A stretch of DNA of 58,202 nt, the filler included, from Basidioascus undulatus (taxonomy: Eukaryota), in the NCBI GenBank assembly GCA_000826855.1. It is 5 parts of 5 records of this genome, joined end to end, with 100 filler letters (N's around TTAATTAATTAA, not from the genome) between each part and the next. Parts side by side here need not be neighbours in the genome. Positions count along the whole stretch, not along the records: positions 35,026 to 46,575 come from JTLS01000997.1; positions 46,676 to 58,202 come from JTLS01000998.1; 3 more parts are not named here. One strand, 5' to 3'. Under the pieces are notes generated by a model, which had not been told where the DNA came from, ran no database searches, and saw nothing but the letters and a program-made list of their open reading frames with translations. Numbering within the stretch: position 1 is the stretch's first letter; every line of letters begins with the position of its first letter. Shown here piece after piece: positions 36,972-51,220 of this stretch. A program made the translations under genes and the position numbers.

Positions 36972-37473
36972 TGTTGAAGTGGGTGTGGGTGGTGGGGGAG
37001 AGGGGAGTTGGCTATTGTGTGCGTGTGTGGATGTGAATGCGGTGGAAGATGCGGGAAAGGGAACGAGCGAAGTGCCGGTACTTGTATGCGCGAGGATGCT
37101 GAGGAGCGGTGGACGGATCAGCGAAGACGCGCGACGTCGCCTCCCTTGCGATGCGTGCCTACTTTCATTTCTTGTCTACGTATACACGAATTCCTTCTGA
37201 TTATTTGTCTGATTAGCCCCAGTTTGCCCTGCAACCAACTCCAATCAACGCAGGAGATAACACGCATACATCTGTAATCTGAACACGTCGTCAAGAATTC
37301 CCTGATCCCCTGCGGCTGATCCGTCGATGAGCCCAACGGGCGTACAAATAGAGTGGGTGTATGCGTGCCTCATCCTCCTCCTCACTTCACCGGACTCAAT
37401 CACTCGCACTTCAACACATACACCCACTCCTCCCCCACTCCCCCACCCCACCCCTCAACACACACTCATCAAC
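36972..37473. promoter_or_regulatory. Bidirectional H2B/H2A promoter region
   Basis: About 500 bp between head-to-head histone ATGs. Contains an ACGCG (MCB-like) core near 37127 and a CCAAT near 37241. Confidence 0.65.
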
Positions 37474-38043
37474 ATGTCTGGCAAGGGCAAGTCTGGGGGT
37501 AAGGCCGCCGCTGGCGAGGCGACCAAGGGCTCTTCGCGCTCGGCGAAGGCTGGGTGCCTCTCCCTTCCCCTCCCCCCGTCCCTGGCTTCACCGAATCCCT
37601 ACTCAACATCCCGCTCTCCCTCTAACAGTCTGCAGTTCCCCGTCGGCCGTATCCACCGCCACCTGAAGCGGGGCAACTACGCGCAGCGCATCGGTGCTGG
37701 CGCGCCCGTCTACCTCGCCGCCGTGCTCGAGTACCTCGCGGCCGAGATCCTCGAGCTCGCTGGCAACGCCGCCCGCGACAACAAGAAGTCGCGTATCATC
37801 CCCCGTCACCTCCAGCTCGCCATCCGCAACGACGACGAGCTCAACAAGCTCCTCGGCCACGTTACCATCTCCCAGGGTGGTGTTATCCCCGTGCGTCGTC
37901 GCTCCTTTCCACCTTCGCCTATACCTCCAATTTCAGTCTTTTCTGACCCCGGAATCGTGCTCGGACTGCAGAACATTCACAGCGAGTTGTTGCCCGCCAA
38001 GAGCAAGAAGTCCGCGAAGGGCGCTGCGTCGCAGGAGCTCTAA
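37474..38043 (+). CDS. HTA1: Histone H2A with C-terminal SQEL (gamma-H2A site)
   Basis: [18 protein letters not shown]...[54 protein letters not shown]...SQEL; two introns. Confidence 0.98.
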   Translation: MSGKGKSGGKAAAGEATKGSSRSAKAGCLSLPLPPSLASPNPYSTSRSPSNSLQFPVGRIHRHLKRGNYAQRIGAGAPVYLAAVLEYLAAEILELAGNAARDNKKSRIIPRHLQLAIRNDDELNKLLGHVTISQGGVIPVRRRSFPPSPIPPISVFSDPGIVLGLQNIHSELLPAKSKKSAKGAASQEL

Positions 38044-38766
38044 GCTGTATCTTGATGGGTTTCCTTTCGGCCGACGATGTATTAGTAGTGTACCAACATC
38101 TTTTGCTTTGCGCTATGCCTTCGAGAGTGCCAGGAAGAGTGGACGAGCGCCCTGAACGCACCATCTTCTGTAAGCAAAGTCCCGGGAGTGCGTCGTCCCG
38201 ACGATGCGCCGACGCTGCGTAGCCTCTGGATGGAACCGCCAGACGTGCACCGCCCAGCCTAACGACAATATCAAGGGTTCGAAATTATCGCCGGTGGGCT
38301 ACGAAGAATGCGGACGCTTTCGGTAGGCACGTTCAGGTGTAGATCCCCGAAGTTATCTCCGCAACCGATATCATGGACTCATTGAGGGTTTCTCTCCCAA
38401 AGTCTCCCCGTCATTCGTGTCTGTCGGTGACGACCCCGTCTACTCATTGTCTCCAGGATCAATAATCAAAGCTATGCATATTGTTGCCTTCCTCCGTTGT
38501 CTGTCTTCCTCAGCACCGACACACAACACACCCACCGCCATAAACCATGTAATACAAATCACTCACTCTTCATGTATGTCTCCGAGTCAACCAGGCGGGG
38601 TTCGCCGCGCAATGAATGTGGATGTGGATATAGATATAATAAAGCAAAAGCAAAAGTATGATAAACGCTATAGTGCGGAACGTAGAGACGCGAGAGGTCC
38701 GAGGTCGAAGATCAGAACGGGGCACGGGAAGTGGAAGATCTACGGGGAGAGCCCGGCGCGGGCTGC

Positions 38767-40769
38767 TCAGACGGTCGGCGCGGCCTCGGGCCGGAACGCG
38801 TACTTGTCCTCGGTCGCGGGGATGCTCAAGCTCGAGACGGCGGTGATGAGGTTGGTGTCTGTGCAGGGTTGTTCATCCGTCCGTCAGTACACGTTCCCGC
38901 GCATAAAAATCCAAACGCACAATCCAGGTCGGCGTCGTGGTGCTCAAAGTACTGGACGATAAACAGAGCGTCAGGTGCGTGCTGGAGAATCAGGTTATGA
39001 GGTGGGACGCGACTCACAACCAGTTGATGAGGCGTGCCCGCCGCAGCCTCGTTCTTGCGCTTCTCACGCTGCTCGTTCTGTTCAATGCAAGGCGCAAGGC
39101 GTGAGTAAAAGAGGTTCAGTCTGCGCACATCATGCAGGGTGGTTCGCCGTACGCACCTCCAGCTTCGACTTCGCCACGCCCGCCTTGTCGTAGTCGCCCG
39201 CCCTGATCCCATCCGCCACCTGCCCAATCCCAATCGACCGTCAGCCAGTCAACCACCACAGCTCCCTCAAGCCAGCCCGCATGACCACACTCACGTCCTT
39301 CCAGACGCGCCTGCTCTCCGTGGGGCCTTGCTCCTCGACCGCCTTGACGTGCACCTCCTCCTTCGGGATGTTGGCGTCAAAGTTGAGCGAGGACGAGGGC
39401 GACTTGGTGTCCTTCGAGACGCCCGTCCATTGGCCCTCGACCGTGTGCAGGACCTCGCCCGAGGGGGACTTGAGCGTCGCCTTATACGAGTGCGCCTTTC
39501 CGGATAGCCAGCCTGTTCGTCACATGCCCGGAACAAACGTGAGCGCCCGCATCAACACCCCTTGATGCAAAGGTCAGCGGTCGACTCACCCTTGCCCTTG
39601 TAGTCGATCTACAGGCCCAAAAGCATCAGCACTTGAACTTGGGGTTGTGCATAGGGAGCTACTCACGGTGCTAACGAACCCGTTCGAGCCGATGATGTAG
39701 CTCGCGTCGGAGAGCTCGATGTACGGCGAGCCGAGGAGGAGGCCGTCAATCCGGAGGCGGGGGAGGGTGATGAGGTACTTCTCCTCTCCGCCCTCGGGTG
39801 TGCGCACGGTGAGCGTCGCGTGGCCGACCTGCTTAACGATGATCGACGGCGCGGAGAAGGACGTCTTTTGGCCAGAGTGGCCCGTCAGCGTCACGCCCGC
39901 CGTCGGGTTCGTGATGTGGTACGCCGTGATGGGCGGGTGGTCTGCGTGCGTAGGCAAGTGTTAGGGAGAGTCTGGGGAGAGGGAGGGGAGATAGGGGTCA
40001 CGCACGGGAGACCTGCTCCACGACAAGGATAGTCTCGCCCCGGCCGCCCTGATCAGGCCACCTGCCGAGGAAGGTCTCGCCGAGGATAGGGTTGAGCGGC
40101 TGGTAGTTCGAACGTCCCATTAGATACCAGAAGCCACCCTCAAAACTCATGCAGCACGACGCACCTTCTTCTCCGAGCCCATCTTCTCATTCCGGGTCGT
40201 GTACTGTTGCCGACGCCCACGAATCGACCCTCAGCACACCATCCCCGCAGCGTCCAGATCCGCACAAAACCCGCAGCCTCACCTGGCCCTTCAGCGTGAG
40301 GATGAACCACTTGAAGACGAGGGCGGCACGCTCGGCGGGCGTCTTACCCGACGAGATCGCGGCGAACTCGTTCGGGTGCTCGGCCCAGTACGCGGGAAAC
40401 TCGGTCAAGGAGACGGGGGAGAGGATGAAGCTGGTGAACAGGCATTTTTGAACATTCAAGAGGGTTGTGAGACCACAGGATGGCTGCCAAAGACTAACGA
40501 GGGCGCGGTGAGGGATGAGAGATCGCCAGACCACCCGGCGAGCTGCATTGGCCAACAAGCGCATCGACTGATCAGCTTCCCTCGAGACACACGTTCAGCA
40601 GAAGATCGAGACTCACGCTCTTGATGAACTGTCCCCAGCCCGCCTTGTGCGTCTCGGGAAGCTGCCCATCGAGCCCGCCCCATCAGCTCGCTTGACTCCT
40701 AGCTCCCGCGATCGCGCTGGCGACGCTCAGGCGACGCACAGCACCTCCGGTCTCGTCAGCCTTGGCCAT
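38767..40769 (-). CDS. KES1: Oxysterol-binding protein Kes1/Osh4 family
   Basis: GDLSSLTAPSFILSPVSLTEFPAYW, KWFILTLKGQY, EKKPLNPILGE, EQVSHHPPITAY, YLITLPRLRIDGLLLGSPYIEL, IENEQREKRK. Confidence 0.95.
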
Positions 40770-41962
40770 TCTGGATGTTGTCTATGGATTTACGAGTAGA
40801 GCGCGGTAAGGCAAGATTTGGCGGCTGGTGAGGCGGTGTGCAGAAGGCAGAGGGAGAGGGGCGTTTGTTGTGTGTTAGGAGTTCAAGCGTGCGCAGCAGG
40901 CCAAAGCGAGGTCACTTTACCTACGTCATCAGGCTCGCTTGTTTGCCGTTCTCAGCGCCCTTTTTGGCGTACAATCTGGTACAACAATTTCATATTCGCA
41001 TAAAGATCTTCCAGTAATGTCAATGTATGAGTTTACAGATGATCAGAATTGGCTCAGGGTCACGATCAAGGCAATGGTCTCCACCGATCGGAACACAACC
41101 GCTCGCAGCTTGAGCTCAACGCCCGAGATGTCTCTCATCCTTTGCAGGAAACCGGGCCGTAGTTCGGGTATAATATGTATCTATTCGTGAATGGGTTCAC
41201 CTAATCTATCGTGAATGAGCCGGCTGGGACTACATAGCCGGTTGAGGTGAGCATTCTGCAGCGGCGGGAGGATCGGCGGGAGGTACTGCCGCGCAAGCTC
41301 GGGGCCGAGACTTCGCGCAGGCTGTCCCCACTCAGGATTATGTCGGCCCCCTTGGGCAAGGCGTCCGAGTCCAGGACGTGCGCTGAGATCGGTGGGCCGA
41401 CATGGTGAGAAGGAGCGCGATGAGCTCTGCCGATGAAGGACGACAGCAAGGAGCAAGAGCGCGAGCGAGCGAACAAGCGAAGGCGCGAGAGCCGACAATG
41501 TGCAGCAAATGCACGCCAAAGTAAAATGTTTAATAGACAAAAGAAATGTACAAGTATAGCACACCAATCAACGATAATCATCGCGAAAAGTACGTATCAA
41601 TGTCTATGTAGATGGAACGTCCTCGACGCGTAGCTTCCCAGGTCAGGGAGGCGCTGCAGACAACCCACCCGGGGCTCAGGCTTTCTTCTCCCGGACGGTT
41701 GTGTTGCGCCATGAGAACGCAGAGAACGCAGACATTTGGAAGGTACACACTAATCTTCCTCCTCCTGTGAGCACCAGCCCGTTGACTAATATGTGCAGTC
41801 GCTGTCGACGGGAGCGTCCCCGCGACCGACGCGAGAAGGCTCAGCCGGCTCTCCACGCTATACCCCTGAATTGCACGCAACAGGGTATCCGATGCCCGAA
41901 AAAGTTAAAAAAAAAACATGCTGGCTAATAATACACCCCAGAACTCTCCACCTCCCCCAGGT

Positions 41963-43587
<1,625 letters not shown>

Positions 43588-43898
43588 CCTGTGCGAGTGT
43601 CGATCGAAGAATTAAGAGCGAGGAGAGAAGACGGTGATTGAGGATGGGAAGACAGGCAAGGGGCGATTCGATAATTTCGAGGGCAAGTTGCTTCCGGTCC
43701 GCGGATTGTCGGGGGATGAGTCGTCAGGCCTGGCCGCCAAGCGCACTGGCTCGTGATGCCAGCCCACACACCTCGTCGCGTCCTCCTGACCTTCGCGCGT
43801 TCCCCTGCTCAACTCGGCTCGCTTTCAACCACCTTTACCCTTCTTTCCACGAACCATCGACACGCTCACAGTCTACCACCGTATTCTTCCGCGGCGTC

Positions 43899-46575
43899 AT
43901 GTCCGTCTTCCGCGGATCGAGCTGGAATGGGGCTGGAGCTGATGCGTGAGGGGAACGGGCGAGCAGGAACACCGCCCGGCGACCTAATATGTTTGCGGCG
44001 AAGAAGGGTGCGTGGACTGGAATTATTTTCAAGGCACTCTGATACTCACTGCGCACATCGGGGGGACAGGCGAGAACTATGAGCTTCGAGCCGGTGCGTC
44101 CACGCGTCTTCCCTTCCCAGCAAGCGCCATCTTAACCTTCCAACACCCATGCAGACCTCAACAGCGAGTACCGCGACCGCCGGAAAGACGCGATCAAGCG
44201 GGTCATCGCCAACATGGTCCGCCTCGTCCCCTTGCTCCCCCATCCCTATCCCCCATCCTCCCGCCAGCTGATGCCCGGAGCGCGATCGCCCCCTCACCTC
44301 ATAGACAGTCGGCAAGGACGTCTCGGGCCTCTTCCCGGACGTGCTCAAGAACATGCAGACCGAGGACCTCGAGCAGAAGAAGCTCGTCTACCTCTACCTC
44401 ATGAACTACGCCAAGACCCAGCCGGAGCTCGTCATTCTGGCGGTCAACACATTCGTGAAGGTGCGCTTCCCTCCCTCTCCTTCCTTCCTTTCTTCCCTCC
44501 CGCGATGCACAGGAAACACAAGCTCATCCGGGAGGGGATGGGGCAGGACTCCTCCGACCCGAACCCGCTCGTGCGTGCGCTGGCGATCCGGACCATGGGC
44601 TGCCTGCGCGCGGAAAAGATCATCGACTACCTGTCCGACCCCCTCGCTGCAGGGCTGCAGGACGACAACCCGTACGTGCGCAAGACGGCCGCGCTGTGTG
44701 TTGCCAAGCTGTACGACCTCAAGCCGGAGCTAGCGGTCGAGCGCGGGTTCGTCGAGACGCTGAAGGACATGGTAGGGGATGCGAACCCGATGGTGCGTTC
44801 CTCTCCATTTCCCTTCCTCCCTTTTCCTTTTTTCTTCTGGGTTCTCCAGTTTTGGATGCTGAGGTGCTGTCTGGGACGGAACAGGTCGTGGCGAACGCCG
44901 TAACCGCCCTAACGGATATCCACAACTCCCCTCACTCCGCCTCGCTCAACGTCTTCCCCATCGACACCGCCGTGCTCAACAAGCTCCTCGTCGCGCTCAA
45001 CGAGTGCACCGAGTGGGGGCGCATCGCGATCCTGAGCGCGCTCGCGCGCTACCGCGCCGCGGGCGAGAAGGAGGCCGAGTACATCTGCGAGCGCGTCATG
45101 CCACAGTTCCAGCACTCGAACGGGAGCGTCGTGCTGAGCGCTGTCAAGGTTCGCGGCTCGGTGCTGTCTGGTCCGGGATGAAGAGGGGTGGGGCTGATGC
45201 AGAGTGAGGAGGACAGGTCATCATGATTCACATCAAGCATCTGCGGAGGGACGATTTCGTTCGGCAGCTTCTTAGGAAGATGGCTCCTCCCCTCGGTGCG
45301 TCCCCCTCCCCTCTCCCTCCAATCCCTTCCCAACCCTGACCTCCTGGGGAAAGTGACCCTCGTCGCCTCCGCGCCCGAGGTGCAGTGGGTCGCGCTGCGC
45401 AACATCAACCTCATCCTCCAGGCGCGCCCGGACATCCTCGCGAACGAGATGCGCGTTTTTTTCTGCAAGTACTCGGACGCGGCGTACGTCAAGGTCGAGA
45501 AGCTCGAGGTCATGGTCCGCCTGGCGAGCGAGAAGAACGTGGATACGCTGTTAACGGAACTGAAGGAGTGGGTCTTCGTTCTTCTTCCTCTGCCTTTTCC
45601 TTTTCCTCTACCGTCCTCCCTCTATTCTTGTTGGGTCGTCCCCAGTGCTGGAAATTGATCAGAGGGAACGGGGCAGGTACGCAAGCGAGGTCGACGTCGA
45701 CTTTGTGCGCAAGGCCGTGCGCGCCATCGGCCAATGCGCCATCAAGATCGAGAGCGCCGCCGAACGCTGCGTTAATGTTCTTCTCGAGCTCATCAACACG
45801 CGCGTGTCGTACGTCGTCCAGGAGGCGGTGGTTGTCATCAAGGTGCGTCTTCCCCCTTCTTACCTGTGGATGGGGCGAGAACGGAAGACTGACAGGGACG
45901 CTGCGGGGCATCCAGGACATCTTCCGCAAGTACCCGCACTCGTACGAGGGCATCATCCCCGTCCTGTGCGCGAACCTGGAGGACCTCGACGAGCCCGAGG
46001 CAAAGGCCAGCCTGATCTGGATCGTCGGCGAGTACGCGGAGAAGATCGACAACGCCGACGAGATCCTCGGGTCGTTCATGGACTCGTTCGTGGAGGAGTC
46101 GTACCAGGTTGCATCCCTCTTTTGCGTTATGCCCGTGAATGAGCACGTGGGGCTGATACGGGGCTGTACTGGTGGCGGGCAGGTCCAACTCCAAACGCTC
46201 ACGGCCATCGTCAAGCTCTACCTGAAAAAGCCCGACAGCGCGCAGGCGCTCGTCCAGCGCGTGCTGTCCACCGCGACCAAGGACTGCGACAGCGCGGACG
46301 TCCGGGACCGGGCGTACATCTACTGGCGCCTGCTCTCGACCGATCCGGGCTCGGCAAAGGACGTGGTCCTCGCCCCGCGCCCGCCCATCTCAATCCCCAC
46401 CACAACCGTCTCCCCCGCGGTCCTGGACGAGCTCATCGGGGATATCTCGTCCCTCGCTGCCGCGTATCACAAGCCCGCGTCGACGTTCATCGGCTGCGGG
46501 CGGGTCGCGAACGAGTGGAGGAGCGAGAGCGCGCTTGCGTTCTGGGCGAGGTGCTTTGGATGGATGAACATCATC
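43899..46575 (+). CDS. APL2: AP-1 adaptor complex beta subunit (3' truncated)
   Basis: [91 protein letters not shown]. The N-terminus fits AP-1 beta better than AP-2 beta. Confidence 0.93.
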
Positions 46576-46675
46576 NNNNNNNNNNNNNNNNNNNNNNNNN
46601 NNNNNNNNNNNNNNNNNNNTTAATTAATTAANNNNNNNNNNNNNNNNNNNNNNNNNNNNNNNNNNNNNNNNNNNN
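46576..46675. other. Artificial contig spacer
   Basis: 44 N + TTAATTAATTAA + 44 N. Confidence 0.97.
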
Positions 46676-47457
46676 GGAGAGAAGTATAGAAAGGCAGAGA
46701 AGTGCAGAACGGAAAGAAGACGCACCTCCTCTTCCCCCCCCACCCCCTCCCCCTTCGCTCCTCATCCACCACCACGACCTCCCACTCCACCCTCGCCGCC
46801 CACCCCGCCGCACTGCGCCCGCCGTCCGTGCTAAGGTCCATCCCCGGCGGGAGGCCGTCGGGGAAGACGCGGGGGAGCTGGAACGTCTCGCCCGTGCGGA
46901 CGCGCGTGGACGGGGAGAGGAAGACTGTGTGCGTCTGCCTGCGCGCTGTTGCTGGGTCGACGGAGTGCGAGGATGCGGGGCGCAGCGCGGCGTTGGCTGT
47001 CCAACGTTGGGAACCGGAGGGGCGGTTCGTGTATGCAGCGGACCTGCGGAGTGGGGGGTGAGGAGGGGCACACCAGTGAGGGAAGGGGCACAGGGTGACG
47101 GAGGTATAGACGGACCTGCACGATCACCTCCCCTCCCGCCCCTGCATCCTTAGTCTTGCTAGACCCGCTCAATATGGACGAGACTGAGGAAGAAGGCAGC
47201 CGCTCAACGAGCCCATGCAGTGCATCGCCAGGCCCGAACTGCGCCTGCCCCGTATACGCGCATCGCAAGGGCGGGAAGAGCGTGAGGCGGAGGTGCTTCG
47301 TGCTCTCGCTCAGCGTCGACGGCAATGAGCTCGCCGTCGAGCGTGCGGAGGCGGAGAAGGGGGACGAGGGCGCTGTAGAGGGGGCGGTGGAGAACAGCGA
47401 GAGCGTAGACCGGCGAGCGGAGGTCGAGGCGGCGGAGGCCGAGGTCGAGGAGGACAT
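46676..47457 (-). CDS. Arrestin-like hypothetical protein, paralog A (3' truncated)
   Basis: Ser-rich N-terminus, then KHLRLTLFPP..Y...FGPGDALHGLVE, VRCIH, GETFQLP..LPPGMDL, ARVEWEVVV. Clearly paralogous to the gene at 51221-52892. The arrestin-fold call is inference. Confidence 0.6.
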
Positions 47458-48676
47458 CGGCGCTGGAATGCCAAATAGAAAGGTCGGGAGGACCGCCGGG
47501 ATGGGAGTAAGCGTACGTCGGTGGATCTGGATTTGAGTTGCGAGAGGGAGCAGTGTGAGGCAAGTGAGGGACAGTTGGAAGGGAAGGAAGAGACCAAGCG
47601 AAGACGTTCAAACTGCGAAACCATCATAGTGCCTCGCCTCGGCGACGGCGCTTTCGCCGCGGCTGCTAGTGCAGATCACCTGATGAAAGCTTTCATGTTG
47701 TTAACAGCCAATATCTCGCCTTAACCACCTACACGGGCACGACTGTTGCGAGAGGCGAGAAGAAGAGAAGAAGCAGGGGCTCGCAGGGAAGGGCGTGGGG
47801 CAGTGTGAGCTGAAGAAGACACTGGCTAGATCGATGGCCACAATGCACAGGGATTAATGGGTGTAGTATACGTAGCATGAGAATAAGCGGCCATGCACAG
47901 CAAAAGGAAGAGGGATGCCGTGCATTGACGTGCATTGAAAAGGCGCTTGCAGCACAGCTCTCCGGTGGTACTTCACTGCCTGCGACCTCACTTTACTCAA
48001 CCGGCTTAGCCCGGTATGGCAGACGTGCCATAGCCAATAATTTATTGCATCCTGCCAACCTGCTGAGAGCGTCCGCGAAGTTCTGAATATGCCGCATGCG
48101 ACTAGTCGACAGCCAACCTTGCAGTGCTAGCCGGTCAAGATTACCGACTGGAATTCACCCCTCTTCAGAAATACCCAGCCAGTAGTGCAGCTTCCACTTC
48201 CTGGAATAACTGGGACTCGATTCGATAGGATTAAGAAGTGAGTGGGTACCTGCTGTTGAGAACCCAGCAGCGGCGGGTGGTTCCTTCAAGTTGGATTCCT
48301 CGCTCCGCGTTACTCCTCCATCCATATTTCAGTCCGTTACGGCTACAGAGTGGACATAGGAGGTGGGTGGTGCCTATTTGGGCGTATCCTGGATGAAAGG
48401 CCACGAGTGTCCATTCCCCTATGTCTTCTTCCGAAGTCCTGCCACCTGGTCATGAACGAATCGTAAGCAACGGACAGTCACTAAGCGACAGTCAATCTTT
48501 TTGTATGAAGGAGAATATTTTAGCACACAGTCAAATCGCAACTGCGAGGCAGCACTCAAAAGGGCAATATCCGTGATCTCCGGCCAATGCATTCCATTTC
48601 ACTCCATGCCAATTTAAACATTCAGTCCAGTCTAATCCCTGTCCCTTCCCTCCCTCCAAGACCAAACCCAAAGCCC

Positions 48677-50685
48677 TTAAAAAATTGCGATCGCATTGGG
48701 CGTCGACCCCACTCCGCCAGGCACGCGCAGCGGCGCGGAGGTCAGGAAGAACGAGTATCTGGGCACCTCGTCCCCGGCCCGTCAGCCTCACCTTCCTTCA
48801 CAAGGAGAAGAAGGAGAAAAGGAGGATCGACGAACCGCTTCTCCCTCTTGCACACCTCCGCCAGCTTCTCGAGGTCCCACATCTCGCCGATGGGAGTGCC
48901 CCAGTGGCTGTCGGTGCGAAGGGGTTCAGAACGGAACAACGCGGAGGGGGGGGCAGACGCACGTAAGGAGCCACTCGTGGAGCATGCAGTCGGGCTTGGG
49001 GGGCCATGCTGTTGGCGGCTCGTCAGAGGGTTGTTCGAGGCGGAGAAAGAGAAGAAGAACGGGAAGAGGAAAAGGACGAGGAGAGAGGGCGCACCCTCGA
49101 ACGCGACCGTGTCCCCACCCACTGCAGCAAAGCGGTGGTCCCAGAGCCAGTTCTTGGATTCCTCGTTTGCTTTGAGACCGATGAACTGCCAGGTCCAATC
49201 AAGCAAAGAGTGAGTGACTCGGCCCGTTCATACGAACGGAGATTGTTAGTGTGCAGTGAGGAAGGGAACTACCTTGTTGTCGTCCTGCGTCTTCGCCTTC
49301 CGCGTGCCCTCGTCCTTCTCCTCATCATGCCACTTGACGAAACCACTCCGAATCTGCTCCAACACCCCCCAAATTAGAGTAAGCATCCCGTCCAGCAGCT
49401 TTTCGGAGGAATCGCGCACCAGAAGGACATCGCCCGGTTTGAACACGATCCCCTGTGCGTTTGCGACAGCGTCTAGCTCGGAGACTTGGCGAGACAGCGT
49501 AAGTGTTTGTCCATTAAGAGGAGGATCAAAAGGAGGATAGAAAGTATAGGAAGAGTTGACGCTTACCAGGGATCTCGTGCCGCGTGCACGGGTGCGGGAC
49601 CTCGCCGCCCTGCTTTTCCTTCCAAGCGAGCCAGTCGAGGAGGACGCCGCGCCCGACGATCCCGCCTGCGTCGCACCAGTCTTATAGGACCCATATTATT
49701 TCGGAACATTTGGAGATTCACGAAAAGAGCGACTGAGGAAGGGGGAACTCACTCTGGATCCCATTGTCGAGAGGGTTCTTGCCGCTCACGACTGCGTGAA
49801 GAGCGACACGGTTCAGTACGCGAAAGCCTTGAAGTGGCCAGATAGTGATAAGAAGACTCAATGTCGTCGTGGTGCAGACCGTTGTAGTAGTAGCCGGTGG
49901 TCTGGTGAGCCACTGCGAGGGAAAGGGCGTTCTGTAAAGCAATGCGGCTTGAATGAGAGTTGCGAAGAGGACGTACCATGGCGGAATCCGTCCCACTGCG
50001 ACCCTGTAAAATTTTAGGGGCACAAATTTAGTCGTGTTCTCGCGTTATGTTATCTAACTGCATAGTAGCGACCCGAAACATACCAGACTGGGTGTTGATG
50101 TGGATCTCGTCGTCCTGTCAGGCAGGCGATTCGTTCAGCCTGGCTTAGACCAAGGAAACAATGATAGACAAAATGTCTCTTACACATCCCACAAACCCAA
50201 TTCCAGCCAGACTGTGGAAGTATGAAGCCGAAGGTCAGCAACCGTCGCGGTCAGAGCCCTGCCCGCTTGACGCACTCAATGATCTTCTGCGAAAACTCTT
50301 TCCTGTTGAACCCGGGGAATTCGACATTGTTGAGGGACCTGAGCTCAGAATAATCTCAAATTAGCAAGCTTATACCTGCGCATGCAATAATCAGCGAGCA
50401 CACCAGTCGAGCTGCACCCGCTCCCCAGTCTGGATTTCCGCCTTCGCCGCCTCCCTTACGCCTTCGGCAGTGAGGAAGTTCAATGCTGCACCGAAGGGTT
50501 CGAGTTCAGGCAATCTCTCCCCAAAGTGCTACCACGTCTACTTAAGCGACAGCAAACAACGTACTCCCAAGTTGATCCCGCTCCCCATCCTTGTCAAACA
50601 CCCCCCACGCACAGCCCTGCGGCTCGCCCTTCACGGGAGGGAGGGCCGACAGCTTGGGAAGGTCAAAGATTTTGGAGGGTGCCAT
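48677..50685 (-). CDS. Cyclase / kynurenine formamidase (KynB-like) family metal-dependent hydrolase
   Basis: CAWGVF...DQLGTLNFLT, DDEIHINTQSGSQWDGFRH, GGIVGRGVLLD, FKPGDVLLVR, AAVGGDTVAFE, LHEWLL..WGTPIGEMWDLEKLA, FFLTSAPLRVPGGVGSTPNAIAIF. TATAAATA about 100 nt upstream. Confidence 0.9.
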
Positions 50686-51220
50686 ATTTCAGTTGATGAG
50701 GGCCGAGTAGCCAGCGAGAGGTTCGTAGTGAGTGAGTGATGTGAGTGATGTGAGTGATCGACGCGTTGGAGCGGGACCCAAGCCGTATTTATAACCCTCC
50801 TGTCGCAGCATCCACTCGGTCAGCTGCCGCACCCAGCTACATCAACACCAGCCATCCGAGACCCCTGATGCACCAGGCGACCAGGTAAAGGTGGAGGACG
50901 GAAGTGCTCGACGAGCTCGCTCATGCTCGGATGCGGCGAGCCGGGTTTCCGGCTGCGCTCGATCACCGCTAAGTGAGGCTCCGTGCCTTCGAGTGCTTCT
51001 CTGCTCAGTTGTGCAGGGCCCGCGGGAGCTGCTACGGACCAATATGTATTGTTGACGCTCACACTTTTAGGGAAAGGTGAGTTCCTATTTAAGCCGGTGC
51101 AGTGCGTGGAGCTGGGTTCCCTGAGGGTGCAGGACACAGCGTGAATAAGCGCCGTCGAGAAAGTACTTAGACAGAAGTCTGGTCTTCAACGCACGCAGGC
51201 CCGTATAGCATTACGCCTTT

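Noticed and set aside
40990..41450. Possible small gene between KES1 and DIM1
   Set aside because: GC-rich patch with short ORFs but no coherent start, splice pattern or recognisable motif.
50732..50758. (GTGAGTGAT)x3 upstream of the cyclase-family gene
   Set aside because: A short simple repeat in a probable 5' UTR with no evidence of function.
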